Positions 9,245-18,420 of a stretch of 64,000 nt of DNA are shown piece by piece. Within the stretch, counting starts at the first letter, position 1; each line of letters begins with the position of its first letter. This DNA comes from Candidatus Multivoradales bacterium. Lineage in GTDB: Bacteria; Acidobacteriota; Thermoanaerobaculia; Multivoradales; JAHEKO01. Location: positions 1,120,001 through 1,184,000 of the forward strand of contig CBDFIJ010000004.1 in NCBI GenBank assembly GCA_965248055.1, read 5' to 3'. Under the pieces are notes generated by a model. It worked only from the letters and a program-made list of their open reading frames with translations, did not search any database and was not told the origin of the DNA. A program made the position numbers and the translations under genes.

Positions 9245-10351
9245 CTAAGTGTTCGCTTCCGGGCGCCGGTAGAACGGTGTCGGGCAGACCTTGGCTTCAA
9301 CGCTGCGGCCGCGTATCTCAACCTCCAGTTCCTGTCCTTTCTCCGCCAGGTCGGTACGCACATAGGCCAGGGCGATCGCCTTATCCAAAGTCGGGCTCAT
9401 GGTGCCACTGGTGACCTCGCCAACCTGCGCACCGTCCAAGGTTACCGGGTAGTCGTGGCGGGCAATCCCTCGCCCGAGCATCTGCAATCCCACCAATTTG
9501 CGAGAGATGCCTTCCTTGCGTTGTTTCTCCAGCGCATCTCGGCCGATGAAATCTCCGGCCTTCCACTTCACCACCCAGCCCAGATCGGCCTCCAAGGGAG
9601 TGATGGTGTCGTTGAGGTCGTTGCCGTAGAGCGCCATTGCGGCTTCCAGCCGCAGCGTGTCACGGGCTCCGAGTCCACAAGGCAAGAGCTCGACGGATTG
9701 TCCTGCAGCGCGAATTTGACGCCAAATCTCGTCGGCGTCTTGCGCTGCAACGTACAGTTCAAATCCGTCTTCGCCGGTGTAACCGGTGCGAGAAATCAGT
9801 GCGCCGAATCGACCGACCTTGCCGTGAGCAAATCCGTAGTAGCGGATCGCCGAGAGATCAGTGTCGGTGAGCGATTGCAGGATTTCCGCCGACCGCGGAC
9901 CCTGCAAAGCCATCAAGGCGGTGTTCAAACTGTGGTCTTCCACATGGACGCCATTGGCGTGGTTTTCGATCCACTCTAGAGCGCGAATCCGGTTGGATGC
10001 GTTGACCACCAACATCCACTCACGTTCGTCGATTCGATAGACCAGGAAGTCGTCGATGTAGGTTCCCTGTTCGGTGAGCAGACCACTGTAGTGCGCCCGG
10101 CCAGGGACCAGCGAAAGAACGTTGTTGGGGGTCAACCGCTGAACCAGTTCGGTAGATCCGGGTCCGGTCACTGCGACCTGCCCCATGTGGGAGACATCGA
10201 ACAATCCCGCTCGCTCGCGCACCGCTTCGTGCTCATCTCGCAACGAGCCATAACGCACCGGCATTTCCCAACCGGCAAAGTCGACAAACCGAGCGCCCTC
10301 TTCCTGGTTCACTTGGTAGAGGGGGGTGCGGCGTGGTTGGGATTCGCTCAT
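9245..10351 (-). CDS. gcvT: Glycine cleavage system aminomethyltransferase T
   Basis: FAGWEMPVRY, GLFDVSHMG, SRTGYTGEDGFE, GLGARDTLRLEA. Confidence 0.97.
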   Translation of the reverse strand: MSESQPRRTPLYQVNQEEGARFVDFAGWEMPVRYGSLRDEHEAVRERAGLFDVSHMGQVAVTGPGSTELVQRLTPNNVLSLVPGRAHYSGLLTEQGTYIDDFLVYRIDEREWMLVVNASNRIRALEWIENHANGVHVEDHSLNTALMALQGPRSAEILQSLTDTDLSAIRYYGFAHGKVGRFGALISRTGYTGEDGFELYVAAQDADEIWRQIRAAGQSVELLPCGLGARDTLRLEAAMALYGNDLNDTITPLEADLGWVVKWKAGDFIGRDALEKQRKEGISRKLVGLQMLGRGIARHDYPVTLDGAQVGEVTSGTMSPTLDKAIALAYVRTDLAEKGQELEVEIRGRSVEAKVCPTPFYRRPEANT

Positions 10352-10548
10352 TAGGTAGATGTCCAAGAGAAACGCTGGACGGGGCGAAAATACCACAATC
10401 AGTCGGATCGACTGATGCTCCCGCCCGGCCTCGATCTACGGTCTATTCGGGGCTCGTTTCACGTCCGCTGGACAGCCCGGGCCGAAAGCCGATCGCATAG
10501 TCATAAGTGACACAGAATCAATGCCTTAAGGGTCCGGTCCTAGGGATT

Positions 10549-10774
10549 TGTGGAAAAACACCTGAGCGGCTGCTTTAGGGCCAACCGCCACCAACGGACA
10601 CGCTACCTTTAAATTGTTGAACTGATTGATTTTAACCGTCAATGCACAAACCTTTGGGCATTTTGTATAAGCTCTGTCATTGACCCATTCCTCGGCCCGA
10701 AAACCCCGGATATCCACAGCGTTTTCCACAGCTCCTGTGGATTGCCGAAGTCGCACCTCATTCGTTGTTCCACG
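10549..10774. promoter_or_regulatory. DnaA-box cluster with AT-rich/IHF-like tract; candidate oriC
   Basis: TTTTCCACA at 10549-57(-) and 10722-30(+); one-mismatch boxes at 10662-70(-) and 10710-18(+); weaker boxes at 10640, 10736 and 10766; AT-rich tract 10608-10635. Confidence 0.6.
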
Positions 10775-10815
10775 GCGATTGCTAACGACTTTTTCACCAG
10801 TGACTTAGGTCAGAA

Positions 10816-11622
10816 CTAGCCTCGAGCATGGCGTGCCCAAGACGACTCCAAATCAGCAACGAACCGTGCCGAGTCAGGGTCGAAGCGAAAGCGCTGCAAC
10901 GCGAGCCGACCCTCATTCAAGCGAATGCGAAAACACGAGCATTGGCCCTTCTCGCGACCCCGGCCTCGGGTCGAACTGGCGGTCCCGGCGTGGATCAAAG
11001 GCAGGTCATGGCTCAAGTGCCGGTAGTAGTCGCGCAGCCACACTTGATAGCTAATGTGCAGGTGACCGGAGAGCACCAGATCAACTCGATGCTCCGCCAA
11101 AACATCAGCCAAAGCCGCAGCACCGGAGAGCGTCTTGCGTGCCGAAGCATCAGGACCGGGAACCAGTTCGTGATGCACCACCACCACTTTCCATCGATCT
11201 CCGGCGGACTGCAGTCTCTCCGCCAATTTTTGCCGTTGCCGACGCGTGACCCGACCATCTTTGATGGTGGAACGAATCGCCGAATTGACCCCCACCACGA
11301 CCACCCTTTCATCTTGATAAATCGGCTCCAGATCACTATCAAAGTGGTTGCGATAGGCATTCAGAGGAGCCAGCCATCGCTCCCACACCCGATACTGGGG
11401 CACGTCGTGATTTCCAGGAACCGCGAGCACCGGCACCGCGAGCTGATCGAGAAATTGCCGTGCCTGGGCAAATTGCTCCGGCTTCGCGCGCTGGGTTAGA
11501 TCCCCCGAAACGACAACCAGATCCGGAGGGGCGTCGCGCACCCACTGGGCAATCGACTCACTGGCTTCCGCGCGATGCGGAGGCCCGAAATGAATGTCGG
11601 AGAGGTGAAGAATCTCTGGCAA
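10816..11622 (-). CDS. Metallophosphoesterase (CpdA/Icc-like)
   Basis: HLSDIHFG, SGDLT, PGNHD, VHH and SGHLH motifs. Confidence 0.92.
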   Translation of the reverse strand: MPEILHLSDIHFGPPHRAEASESIAQWVRDAPPDLVVVSGDLTQRAKPEQFAQARQFLDQLAVPVLAVPGNHDVPQYRVWERWLAPLNAYRNHFDSDLEPIYQDERVVVVGVNSAIRSTIKDGRVTRRQRQKLAERLQSAGDRWKVVVVHHELVPGPDASARKTLSGAAALADVLAEHRVDLVLSGHLHISYQVWLRDYYRHLSHDLPLIHAGTASSTRGRGREKGQCSCFRIRLNEGRLALQRFRFDPDSARFVADLESSWARHARG

Positions 11623-11751
11623 TGGCTCGGCCTGGATTTCGGTCAGAAGGGCAGTTGGGTCAGAAGGGCGGTTGGAGTTGCCGGTCCGTCGCCAACCACC
11701 ACTCCGATGGCGTTAGACCTCGACCAACCGATCCAGACCTCAACCCTAGGG

Positions 11752-12006
11752 TCAATCGTTGCCTAGATAGGCATTCACGCCTTGGGTAACCCCGTCGGCG
11801 GCCATGTCGGCCAGGTCCTCCATCAGCTGGCTGCCACGGCGGCTGCCGAGCAAGAATCCAACGCCAGCGGCTACCGACAGGGCAAACCAGGGGTGCTGAC
11901 GCACCACGCTTTGCCACTCCAAGTCCTCCGGGAGCAACTGGTCGACCCAGTAGTCAGAAGCTGGCTCTGGTTCTGGCTCAGCTTGCTTGGACTTGGCCCA
12001 AGCCAT
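11752..12006 (-). CDS. Small hypothetical protein, YqjD/ElaB-like C-terminal motif
   Basis: VRQHPWFALSVAAGVGFLLG; start overlaps the upstream stop. Confidence 0.75.
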   Translation of the reverse strand: MAWAKSKQAEPEPEPASDYWVDQLLPEDLEWQSVVRQHPWFALSVAAGVGFLLGSRRGSQLMEDLADMAADGVTQGVNAYLGND

Positions 12007-12332
12007 CAGCGACGGCCACCGCGCATCAGCAGCCCAACTAGAAATCCAACACCAGCGGCGATCAAGACCGAGCGGCCCGGGTTGTCGTTGACGTATGCGT
12101 TAACCTCGCGGTTGAGCCCTTCGAGATCTTTCTTGACCCGGTCGGCGCCGGCCTTCAAATTATCGACCGCGACCTCGCGAGCGACCTCCGATCGTTCGCC
12201 CGCTGACCGAGCTGCATCGGACACCTTGCGTCCAACCCGACCGCCAACCTCAGAAAGGCGTTGCCGTGCCTGATCTGCCCGACCTGGGCTTTCCATACCG
12301 CCATCAACCGAATCGTTTGCTGTGTCTTCCAT
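12006..12332 (-). CDS. DUF883 / YqjD-ElaB family membrane-anchored protein
   Basis: C-terminal YVNDNPGRSVLIAAGVGFLVGLLMR; SD GGAGG before ATG 12332. Confidence 0.85.
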   Translation of the reverse strand: MEDTANDSVDGGMESPGRADQARQRLSEVGGRVGRKVSDAARSAGERSEVAREVAVDNLKAGADRVKKDLEGLNREVNAYVNDNPGRSVLIAAGVGFLVGLLMRGGRR

Positions 12333-12466
12333 GGGTGCCTCCAGACCGCCAACTATAGCAGCGGCGGCTCCGGTTTCATTTGATCCCAAGCCATCAAAAT
12401 GGCACAATCGCCCGCCCGTCAAGGGGCACGATTTCCCTGGGGAACAATTTCCCCAAGGGAGGGTGT

Positions 12467-12542
12467 GGGGCAGTAGCTCAGCTGGGAGAGCACCACGTTC
12501 GCAACGTGGGGGTCGAGGGTTCAAGTCCCTTCTGCTCCACCA
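12467..12542 (+). tRNA. tRNA-Ala (anticodon CGC)
   Basis: 76-nt cloverleaf; anticodon arm CCACG-TTCGCAA-CGTGG; G3:U70 alanine identity pair; GGTTCAA T-loop; encoded CCA. Confidence 0.97.
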
Positions 12543-12866
12543 TTCCTCCGTTTCACTCCAGAATTAGGAGCAGAAAGGACTTTAGGCAGCAGGACGACGC
12601 GATGCGTCGCCTGGTGGCAAGTCCTCAGTCTTCTACTCGCACCATTTCTCCACTACATTTCGGATTTAGGATCAGATGGAGCTCTAGACAGCAGGACGAC
12701 GCGATGCGTCGCCTGGTGGCAAGTCCCCAGCCTTCTACTCGCACCATCCCTCCACTGCGTTTCGGAACTTAGGATCAGATGGAATTTTAGGCAGCAGGAC
12801 GACGCGATGCGTCGCCTGGTGGCAAGTCCCTTGCCTTCTACTCGCACCATTCCTACGGTTCACTCT
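12543..12866 (+). repeat. Three tRNA-linked tandem repeats (102/102/103 bp) with REP-like palindrome
   Basis: CAGCAGGACGACGCGATGCGTCGCCTGGTGGCAAGTCC at 12587, 12689, 12792; CACCAT at 12538 (tRNA end), 12640, 12742, 12845. Confidence 0.92.
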
Positions 12867-12935
12867 AAGTTGCAAGCCGTATAGCTTGTAGTCTCTCGAA
12901 GACATCCGAAACCCGTCCGATAGGAGGACAAGATT

Positions 12936-13082
12936 ATGACGACGTGCTCAACGTGCAACGGAACTGGTAATTGCTACCCGTGCGATGAATCCGGCGACAA
13001 CGGATCCGGCCCTGGGAGCTGCGGAGCGTGCCATGGAACCGGCAACTGCAGTTCTTGCGGGGGTAAGGGACGAAAAGCCTAG
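12936..13082 (+). CDS. 48-aa stand-alone DnaJ-type zinc-finger microprotein (absent from ORF track)
   Basis: MTTCSTCNGTGNCYPCDESGDNGSGPGSCGACHGTGNCSSCGGKGRKA; four CxxC motifs, three of them CxxCxGxG; SD AGGAGG. Confidence 0.85.
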   Translation: MTTCSTCNGTGNCYPCDESGDNGSGPGSCGACHGTGNCSSCGGKGRKA

Positions 13083-13149
13083 CCATCGGACAAAGATTTC
13101 GGATCCTGCGCTCCCAGGAACCTCGGCATCTGGACGTGGCCCGGTGCGT

Positions 13150-13514
13150 ATCTCTCAAGACAGTGCTGGCCCCCAATTGCCCCCGGTGTGTGTGGCGCTT
13201 CGCAATGTCATCGCCGGGCTGCATTCCGATTTCGTCGAAGTAGTCTGGCTCAAGCAAGAGATCGCGAGCCATGGGACAGGGCCGAGGAAGATATCGAGCA
13301 CCACGCCTACATCGGCATCCACGCCAAACATGTCAATTTGGACTTCTACCGCGGCGCTGCGCTGGCTGTCACAGATCTGACCGATCCCCAGGAGCTTCTG
13401 CAGGGAATCGGAAAGCGGCTTCGCCACATCAAGATTGTCAGGGTTGAAGTTGCTAAGAGCGCTGCAGTCAAGAGCCTTCTAGTCGCTGCGACCACGGATC
13501 GACAGAGCGCTTGA
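13150..13514 (+). pseudogene. Frameshifted DUF1801 (YdhG-like) gene
   Basis: N-part (ALRNVIAGLHSDFVEVVW...GTGPRK) and C-part (AYIGIHAKHVNLDFYRGA...GKRLRHIKI) lie in different frames, switching near 13295. Start approximate. Confidence 0.65.
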
Positions 13515-13613
13515 ATATGAGATCCTCTCATTTGATTGGGATTGAGGTCTCTGAACAACAGACCCTAGACCCGTCCAAACGACGCACAACGAATCGAATC
13601 TGGGGGAAGTCTC

Positions 13614-14897
13614 ATGAATGTCACATCGCGCATCTTGGCTGTCTGTCTTGCACTCTCAGTTCCCGTCCAAGCCGAGCACAGCAATTCGGAAAGTGTCAGT
13701 CCGGACGCTTTCAAAGCCCGGCGGCAGAAGCTGATGGAGTCGTTAGACGGGGCGGTAGCGGTGCTCTATGGAGGCACCGAAAACCGCGGTGGCGCTGGCG
13801 GCGATCCCTTTGTCCAAGACTCCGCCTTTTATTATTTAACGGGAGTGTCCGATCCCGGCGCGGCGTTGATCTTGGCTCCCGGAGAGCATCGCTTCAAAGA
13901 AACTCTCTACCTTCAGCCGCGCAATCCTGAGGTCGAGGACTGGAATGGTCGACGACCATCGCTGGGGGAGGCTCTGGAACAAGACCTCGGTTTTGAAGAA
14001 GTGCAGCGCATCGACCGCTTGGGCCGGGATCTCTCGGCCATGGTACAGCGCAGCAAGAAAGCGGCATTCCTGGGTCCGATCGTCAGTGCGACTGCCAACA
14101 AGCCTCAGGCTCTGGTAATTTTGGAAGAGGTCAAGAAGCGGGTACCGGGCACCACTCTGGAGAACATGGCGCATCTGATTCCAGAAATGCGCCGGATCAA
14201 GGAACCGCAGGAGATCGAGTCGATTCAGAAAGCGGTTGACGTAACCGGCAAGGGAATCGTCGCGGCAATGCAGGCGGTGGAACCGGGGATGCTCGAGTTC
14301 CAACTGCAGTCCACCGTGGAACACGCCTATGAGATGGAGGGCGCGCAGTTTCTGGGTTTTTCGACGATTTCGGCCTGGGGTCCAAACGCGACCGTGTTGC
14401 ACTACCAACGCAACGACCAGGCCATCCAAGACCATGGGCTGTTCCTGCTCGACACCGGAGCAGCGTGGCAGCACTACAGCGCCGACGTCACACGCACCTT
14501 CCCAGTAGACGGAACATTTTCTGATCGCGAGAAAGAACTCTACCAACTGGTATTGAAAGCGGCGGATACCGCAACCCAGCAGGTCCAGGTGGGAGCCGAC
14601 TACTACAACGACGTCCACCTGACCGCCAAAGGGGTTTTGGACCAGGCAGGCTACGGCAAGTACTTCATCCACGGCACCGGTCACTTTGTCGGCCTCGATG
14701 TCCACGACGCCGGCAACTACGACCTACCGTTGAAAGCGGGGGTCGTGATCACGGTGGAGCCGGGGATCTACATCCCGGAAGAAGGGATCGGCATCCGTAT
14801 CGAAGATGTTGTCTTGGTCACCGAAGAAGGTCCAGTGGTGTTGTCGCGGCACATTCCGCGCACGGTTGCAGAAATCGAAGCCACCATGGCTGACTAA
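13614..14897 (+). CDS. Xaa-Pro aminopeptidase (M24B) with signal peptide
   Basis: FVQDSAFYYLTG, LHY, DVTRTFP, HGTGHFVGLDVHD, TVEPGIY, GIRIED. Confidence 0.93.
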   Translation: MNVTSRILAVCLALSVPVQAEHSNSESVSPDAFKARRQKLMESLDGAVAVLYGGTENRGGAGGDPFVQDSAFYYLTGVSDPGAALILAPGEHRFKETLYLQPRNPEVEDWNGRRPSLGEALEQDLGFEEVQRIDRLGRDLSAMVQRSKKAAFLGPIVSATANKPQALVILEEVKKRVPGTTLENMAHLIPEMRRIKEPQEIESIQKAVDVTGKGIVAAMQAVEPGMLEFQLQSTVEHAYEMEGAQFLGFSTISAWGPNATVLHYQRNDQAIQDHGLFLLDTGAAWQHYSADVTRTFPVDGTFSDREKELYQLVLKAADTATQQVQVGADYYNDVHLTAKGVLDQAGYGKYFIHGTGHFVGLDVHDAGNYDLPLKAGVVITVEPGIYIPEEGIGIRIEDVVLVTEEGPVVLSRHIPRTVAEIEATMAD

Positions 14898-14951
14898 ACC
14901 AGCAGGGCTTTTCGCTTCGCAAGATCTCTCCGACAAACAACCGAGGAAATA

Positions 14952-15914
14952 ATGACTGACCACCACACAATACTGGGTGCCGCAATGATCGCTCTCGCAC
15001 TGACCGCGGGATGCGCGACCTCGATCGCTCCAAGCGAAACCACAGCAGAGGCTGCCGTTGACGATAGCGAAGCATCTGAAGCCACCCCCTATCGCAGCAT
15101 GCAAGAAGTGCTGGAGGACTCCACCGACAACGATTGGAGACCTCTCGACCCAGAGAACACGCTCTACATGGAACTTAAATCTGGACGGGTGATCATCGAA
15201 CTGGCGACTGCGTTTGCCCCGGAGCACACCGCCAACATGAAGACCTTGGCGCGGGCCGAATTCTGGAACGGCCTGTCGATCTACCGTAGCCAAGACAACT
15301 TCGTGGTGCAATGGGGCGATCCTGCCGCCGACGAAGAAAACAGTCGCTCTCTCGCTCCGGCCCTAGAGCACCTTCCCGCTGAGTTTGACCGCCCGCTGGA
15401 AGGTGTCACTTTCACCGCCCTACCTGATTCTGATGGGTGGTCCGATCAGGCTGGCTTCACCAACGGCTTTCCGTCAGCAACCGACAGCGAACGGGTGTGG
15501 CTTGCCCACTGCTACGGCGCAGTCGGAGCAGGGCGCGCCGCAGAACCGGACAGCAGCACCGGCGCCGAGCTTTACGCGATCATCGGCCAGTCGCCGCGCC
15601 AACTAGATCGCAATATCACCTTGGTTGGCCGGGTGGTGCGGGGCATGGAACTGCTCTCGATTCTTCCCCGCGGACCCGAGCCGATGGGCATTTACGACAG
15701 CGCCGAGAAATACACGCCGATCATCTCGGTCCGGGTGGCTTCAGATGTAGCCGAAACAGACCAGGAACCGCTCGAGATTCTCAGGACCGACACTCAAACC
15801 TTTGCTGACCTGGTCGAAGCGCGGCGCAACCGAGGTGGGTGGTACATCACCCCAGCGGGGCACATCGACCTGTGCAACGTGCCGTTACCGACCCGCGTTT
15901 CAATCGAAGAGTAG
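14952..15914 (+). CDS. Cyclophilin-type peptidyl-prolyl isomerase, lipoprotein
   Basis: Lipobox LTAGC; [33 protein letters not shown]. Confidence 0.88.
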   Translation: MTDHHTILGAAMIALALTAGCATSIAPSETTAEAAVDDSEASEATPYRSMQEVLEDSTDNDWRPLDPENTLYMELKSGRVIIELATAFAPEHTANMKTLARAEFWNGLSIYRSQDNFVVQWGDPAADEENSRSLAPALEHLPAEFDRPLEGVTFTALPDSDGWSDQAGFTNGFPSATDSERVWLAHCYGAVGAGRAAEPDSSTGAELYAIIGQSPRQLDRNITLVGRVVRGMELLSILPRGPEPMGIYDSAEKYTPIISVRVASDVAETDQEPLEILRTDTQTFADLVEARRNRGGWYITPAGHIDLCNVPLPTRVSIEE

Positions 15915-15951
15915 GGCGCAAGGAAACTTTGTTTCTGGAGTTCTTGCTGGC

Positions 15952-16476
15952 TTAGGTTTCCGGAATCAACTCAAGAATCGCCACGTAGTCCGACTCTCTG
16001 GCCTCTTTACCAGACTGAGGGTACGGATTCACACTCACCAAACTAATTCGATATCCGAGCGCCAGCGGCGGTTTTTCGCCAGCGGGAACCGGGCTACTCA
16101 AGCTAACGACCTCGGCCTCACTAGTGGATCCTGACACCTCCACTTCCACAGTAACTCTGCCCGCCCAGACACACTGGACCCCGGTTGGGCATCGAGAGTC
16201 GTTGACCGACAGCCAGTGGACTGTCAGATCGTCGACCATGGCCTTCCGATGCAGACCTAGCTGCACTTGCAGTGTCTCATCGCCGCTTTCCGTCCGCGCT
16301 TCGTCTGTGACCTCATCTTTCGACCGAGTTTCCCCAGGACTTGATTCCTCTTGCGAGATTCCAGCGCCAGCGCAGCCACTGACCAGAGCCAGCGTCATCA
16401 CCCCGATAACCAGAAAAAGAGGCGTCCAAGATCGAACCGTTGGGAAGAGGGCGGTCGTCGAAGAAGTAGTGGTCAT
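15952..16476 (-). CDS. Hypothetical lipoprotein (DSRCPxxxxCxWAG motif)
   Basis: Lipobox VSGC; NDSRCPTGVQCVWAG. Confidence 0.8.
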   Translation of the reverse strand: MTTTSSTTALFPTVRSWTPLFLVIGVMTLALVSGCAGAGISQEESSPGETRSKDEVTDEARTESGDETLQVQLGLHRKAMVDDLTVHWLSVNDSRCPTGVQCVWAGRVTVEVEVSGSTSEAEVVSLSSPVPAGEKPPLALGYRISLVSVNPYPQSGKEARESDYVAILELIPET

Positions 16477-16676
16477 GATGGAGAGGAGTATAAGCCGACC
16501 CTGAAAGTGCCGACCCTGAAAGTGCCAGCCAAATATTTACCCCAGCTTCCAGCCCGCGGCAGCTCTATGGAACGAATGGTTAACTTTTCATCGGACGCAC
16601 TGCGTGTGAACCCACGGCAAACCGGCCCTGAAAGTGCCAGCCAAATATTTGCCCGATCTCCTTCGGCACCAGCTCC

Positions 16677-17228
16677 TCATTGGGGTCGTGCTCTATCAGC
16701 CTCGATCTCGTCCAACAGGTTGCTCAAGTGAGCAACGATCTCATTCCTGGCCTTCAAATAATCCACACTCAACGCTGACACGTCACTCCAGTCCATCCTC
16801 GACGCCCCCGCACTCTCAGGCACTTCATTCCCAAACGAAACCACGTAGTCAGCGTCGGCGAGGTCATCGGTGCCGAGGGTTTGGGGTTGATAGCTCTCCA
16901 CCCCGAACCCGTCGCCGCTCAGGGCCGCCGCGAGCGGTCCCGGCACACTATCGTTAGGCGTGATTCCACGGGCGATCGCGCGAACGGGTATCCCCCTGTC
17001 TTTTGCCATACGTTCGAAGTGCCGACTAGATACAAGGCTCTTTGCATAGCCGTACTGGCACACGAATACAACGTCTGTCGGTTCCTCGTGTAACGACACT
17101 CCACTTGCCGAAGCGTCGAGCGCCTCACCGTCGGAGTCGGCGGCGATACCCCGATTCTGTCCTTGGCAACCAGCTAGCGCCATAAGCAGAAAGAGTAAGC
17201 CGGAGAGTCGAGCGATCATGATCTTCAT
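16677..17228 (-). CDS. Lipoprotein with LMW-phosphatase/arsenate-reductase-like fold
   Basis: Lipobox LAGC; VVFVCQYGYAKS P-loop-like motif; ARGITP; ADYVVSF. Confidence 0.75.
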   Translation of the reverse strand: MKIMIARLSGLLFLLMALAGCQGQNRGIAADSDGEALDASASGVSLHEEPTDVVFVCQYGYAKSLVSSRHFERMAKDRGIPVRAIARGITPNDSVPGPLAAALSGDGFGVESYQPQTLGTDDLADADYVVSFGNEVPESAGASRMDWSDVSALSVDYLKARNEIVAHLSNLLDEIEADRARPQ

Positions 17229-17303
17229 GGCTTGATGATAGCGCCACCTTTAGGCATAGTTGGGCTGGGCTGCACCTTTAGGTTCGGGGTTTAGCGGCTT
17301 CGC

Positions 17304-18338
17304 CTACGAGTTAGTAAAAATGTCCTTGGGCAAGTGCATCGTTACCAGCATGTGCGGGATGTCGACGGTCTCAGCGATCTTAAGGTCACCGGCGAGCGAG
17401 CAAAGCATGTAAGCCTCGCTGCGACTGAGACCGTGGGTCTCGGTTAGATAGTCGATCATGTAGCGGGTCGCCTTGCGCGCAGCCTCATCGATCGTGGTCG
17501 CAAAGCCGGTGGTCGCGTAATAGTCGTCAGTCTCGTATTGCGGCTCAGCAATCGATCGACCGCCCTTAATCACACTGACCCGGTAGACGATCCGCATAGG
17601 GGTTTCAATCGCAGTACCGGAGACCTCACCCATACCTTGGACGCCATGGGTGTCGCCAATTGAGAACAAGGCACCGTCCACGAACACTGGAAAATAGACC
17701 GTCGTGCCAGCAACTAGATGTGGATCATCCATGTTGCCGCCATTGGCGCGCGGTGGAATCGTGTTGAGCATCTCGTCAGTATCGGGCGCTACCCCCATGA
17801 CCCCAGCAAACGGGCGGAGCGGGATGCGAATCTCATCAGTGAACTGCAAAACATTGTTTGCTTTATCGAGTGGGAAAGTCTTGAATACCGATTCGTTAAA
17901 CTCCTCCGCGAGAAAGCCAAAACCGGGAAAGATCCCCATCCATCCCCAGTCGCCGACTTCGAGCTCAAGCAGCTCAACCGCGAGTACGTCGCCTGGCGCA
18001 GCGCCTTCGACATAAACCGGCCCGGTCAGCGTGTGGATCTTGTTTGTGTCGAGCGCCTCCATCGTTTCTACGGTTGATTCAATGTTGAACTGGCTACCAG
18101 TCGCCTCCTGAGTAAAGGCCTCAATCACGCTACCCGAGGGCACGGTAAGGGCGGGACGGATGGTACGGCTGAATTTGTCGTGGGTTTGATCGGCGGTCAA
18201 GACAAAGTCCGGTTCCGGAATCGTTACAGCCGGCGAATTCGCCAACTCCGACGAAGCTGGCGGTGCACTCTCACTACACGCCGTAAAGCCCACCGTACAA
18301 GCGACCAACAGAACGACGGACCGGAATTTCTCTTTCAT
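17304..18338 (-). CDS. Acetamidase/formamidase family lipoprotein
   Basis: HTLTGPVYVEGAAPGD, PPRANGGNMD, GDTHGVQGMGEVSGTAIE; lipobox FTAC. Confidence 0.92.
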   Translation of the reverse strand: MKEKFRSVVLLVACTVGFTACSESAPPASSELANSPAVTIPEPDFVLTADQTHDKFSRTIRPALTVPSGSVIEAFTQEATGSQFNIESTVETMEALDTNKIHTLTGPVYVEGAAPGDVLAVELLELEVGDWGWMGIFPGFGFLAEEFNESVFKTFPLDKANNVLQFTDEIRIPLRPFAGVMGVAPDTDEMLNTIPPRANGGNMDDPHLVAGTTVYFPVFVDGALFSIGDTHGVQGMGEVSGTAIETPMRIVYRVSVIKGGRSIAEPQYETDDYYATTGFATTIDEAARKATRYMIDYLTETHGLSRSEAYMLCSLAGDLKIAETVDIPHMLVTMHLPKDIFTNS

Positions 18339-18420
18339 CGATTAGCCCTCTCAAAGAACCACGTGGCACCCACGGTGCCAATTTGATGTACCTGAGTAAG
18401 TTGCACGACAGGACTCGTTC

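Noticed and set aside
10352-10560. Glycine riboswitch upstream of gcvT
   Set aside because: The GGAGA / CCGAAG / CUCAGG elements are not present in the required order on the minus strand.
12400-12416. Sigma54 promoter before the tRNA (TGGCAC)
   Set aside because: The -12 TTGC element is not matched at the required spacing.
12543-12866. Possible CRISPR array
   Set aside because: The segments between the conserved cores are homologous to each other rather than unique spacers, the period is ~102 bp, and there are no cas genes in the window.
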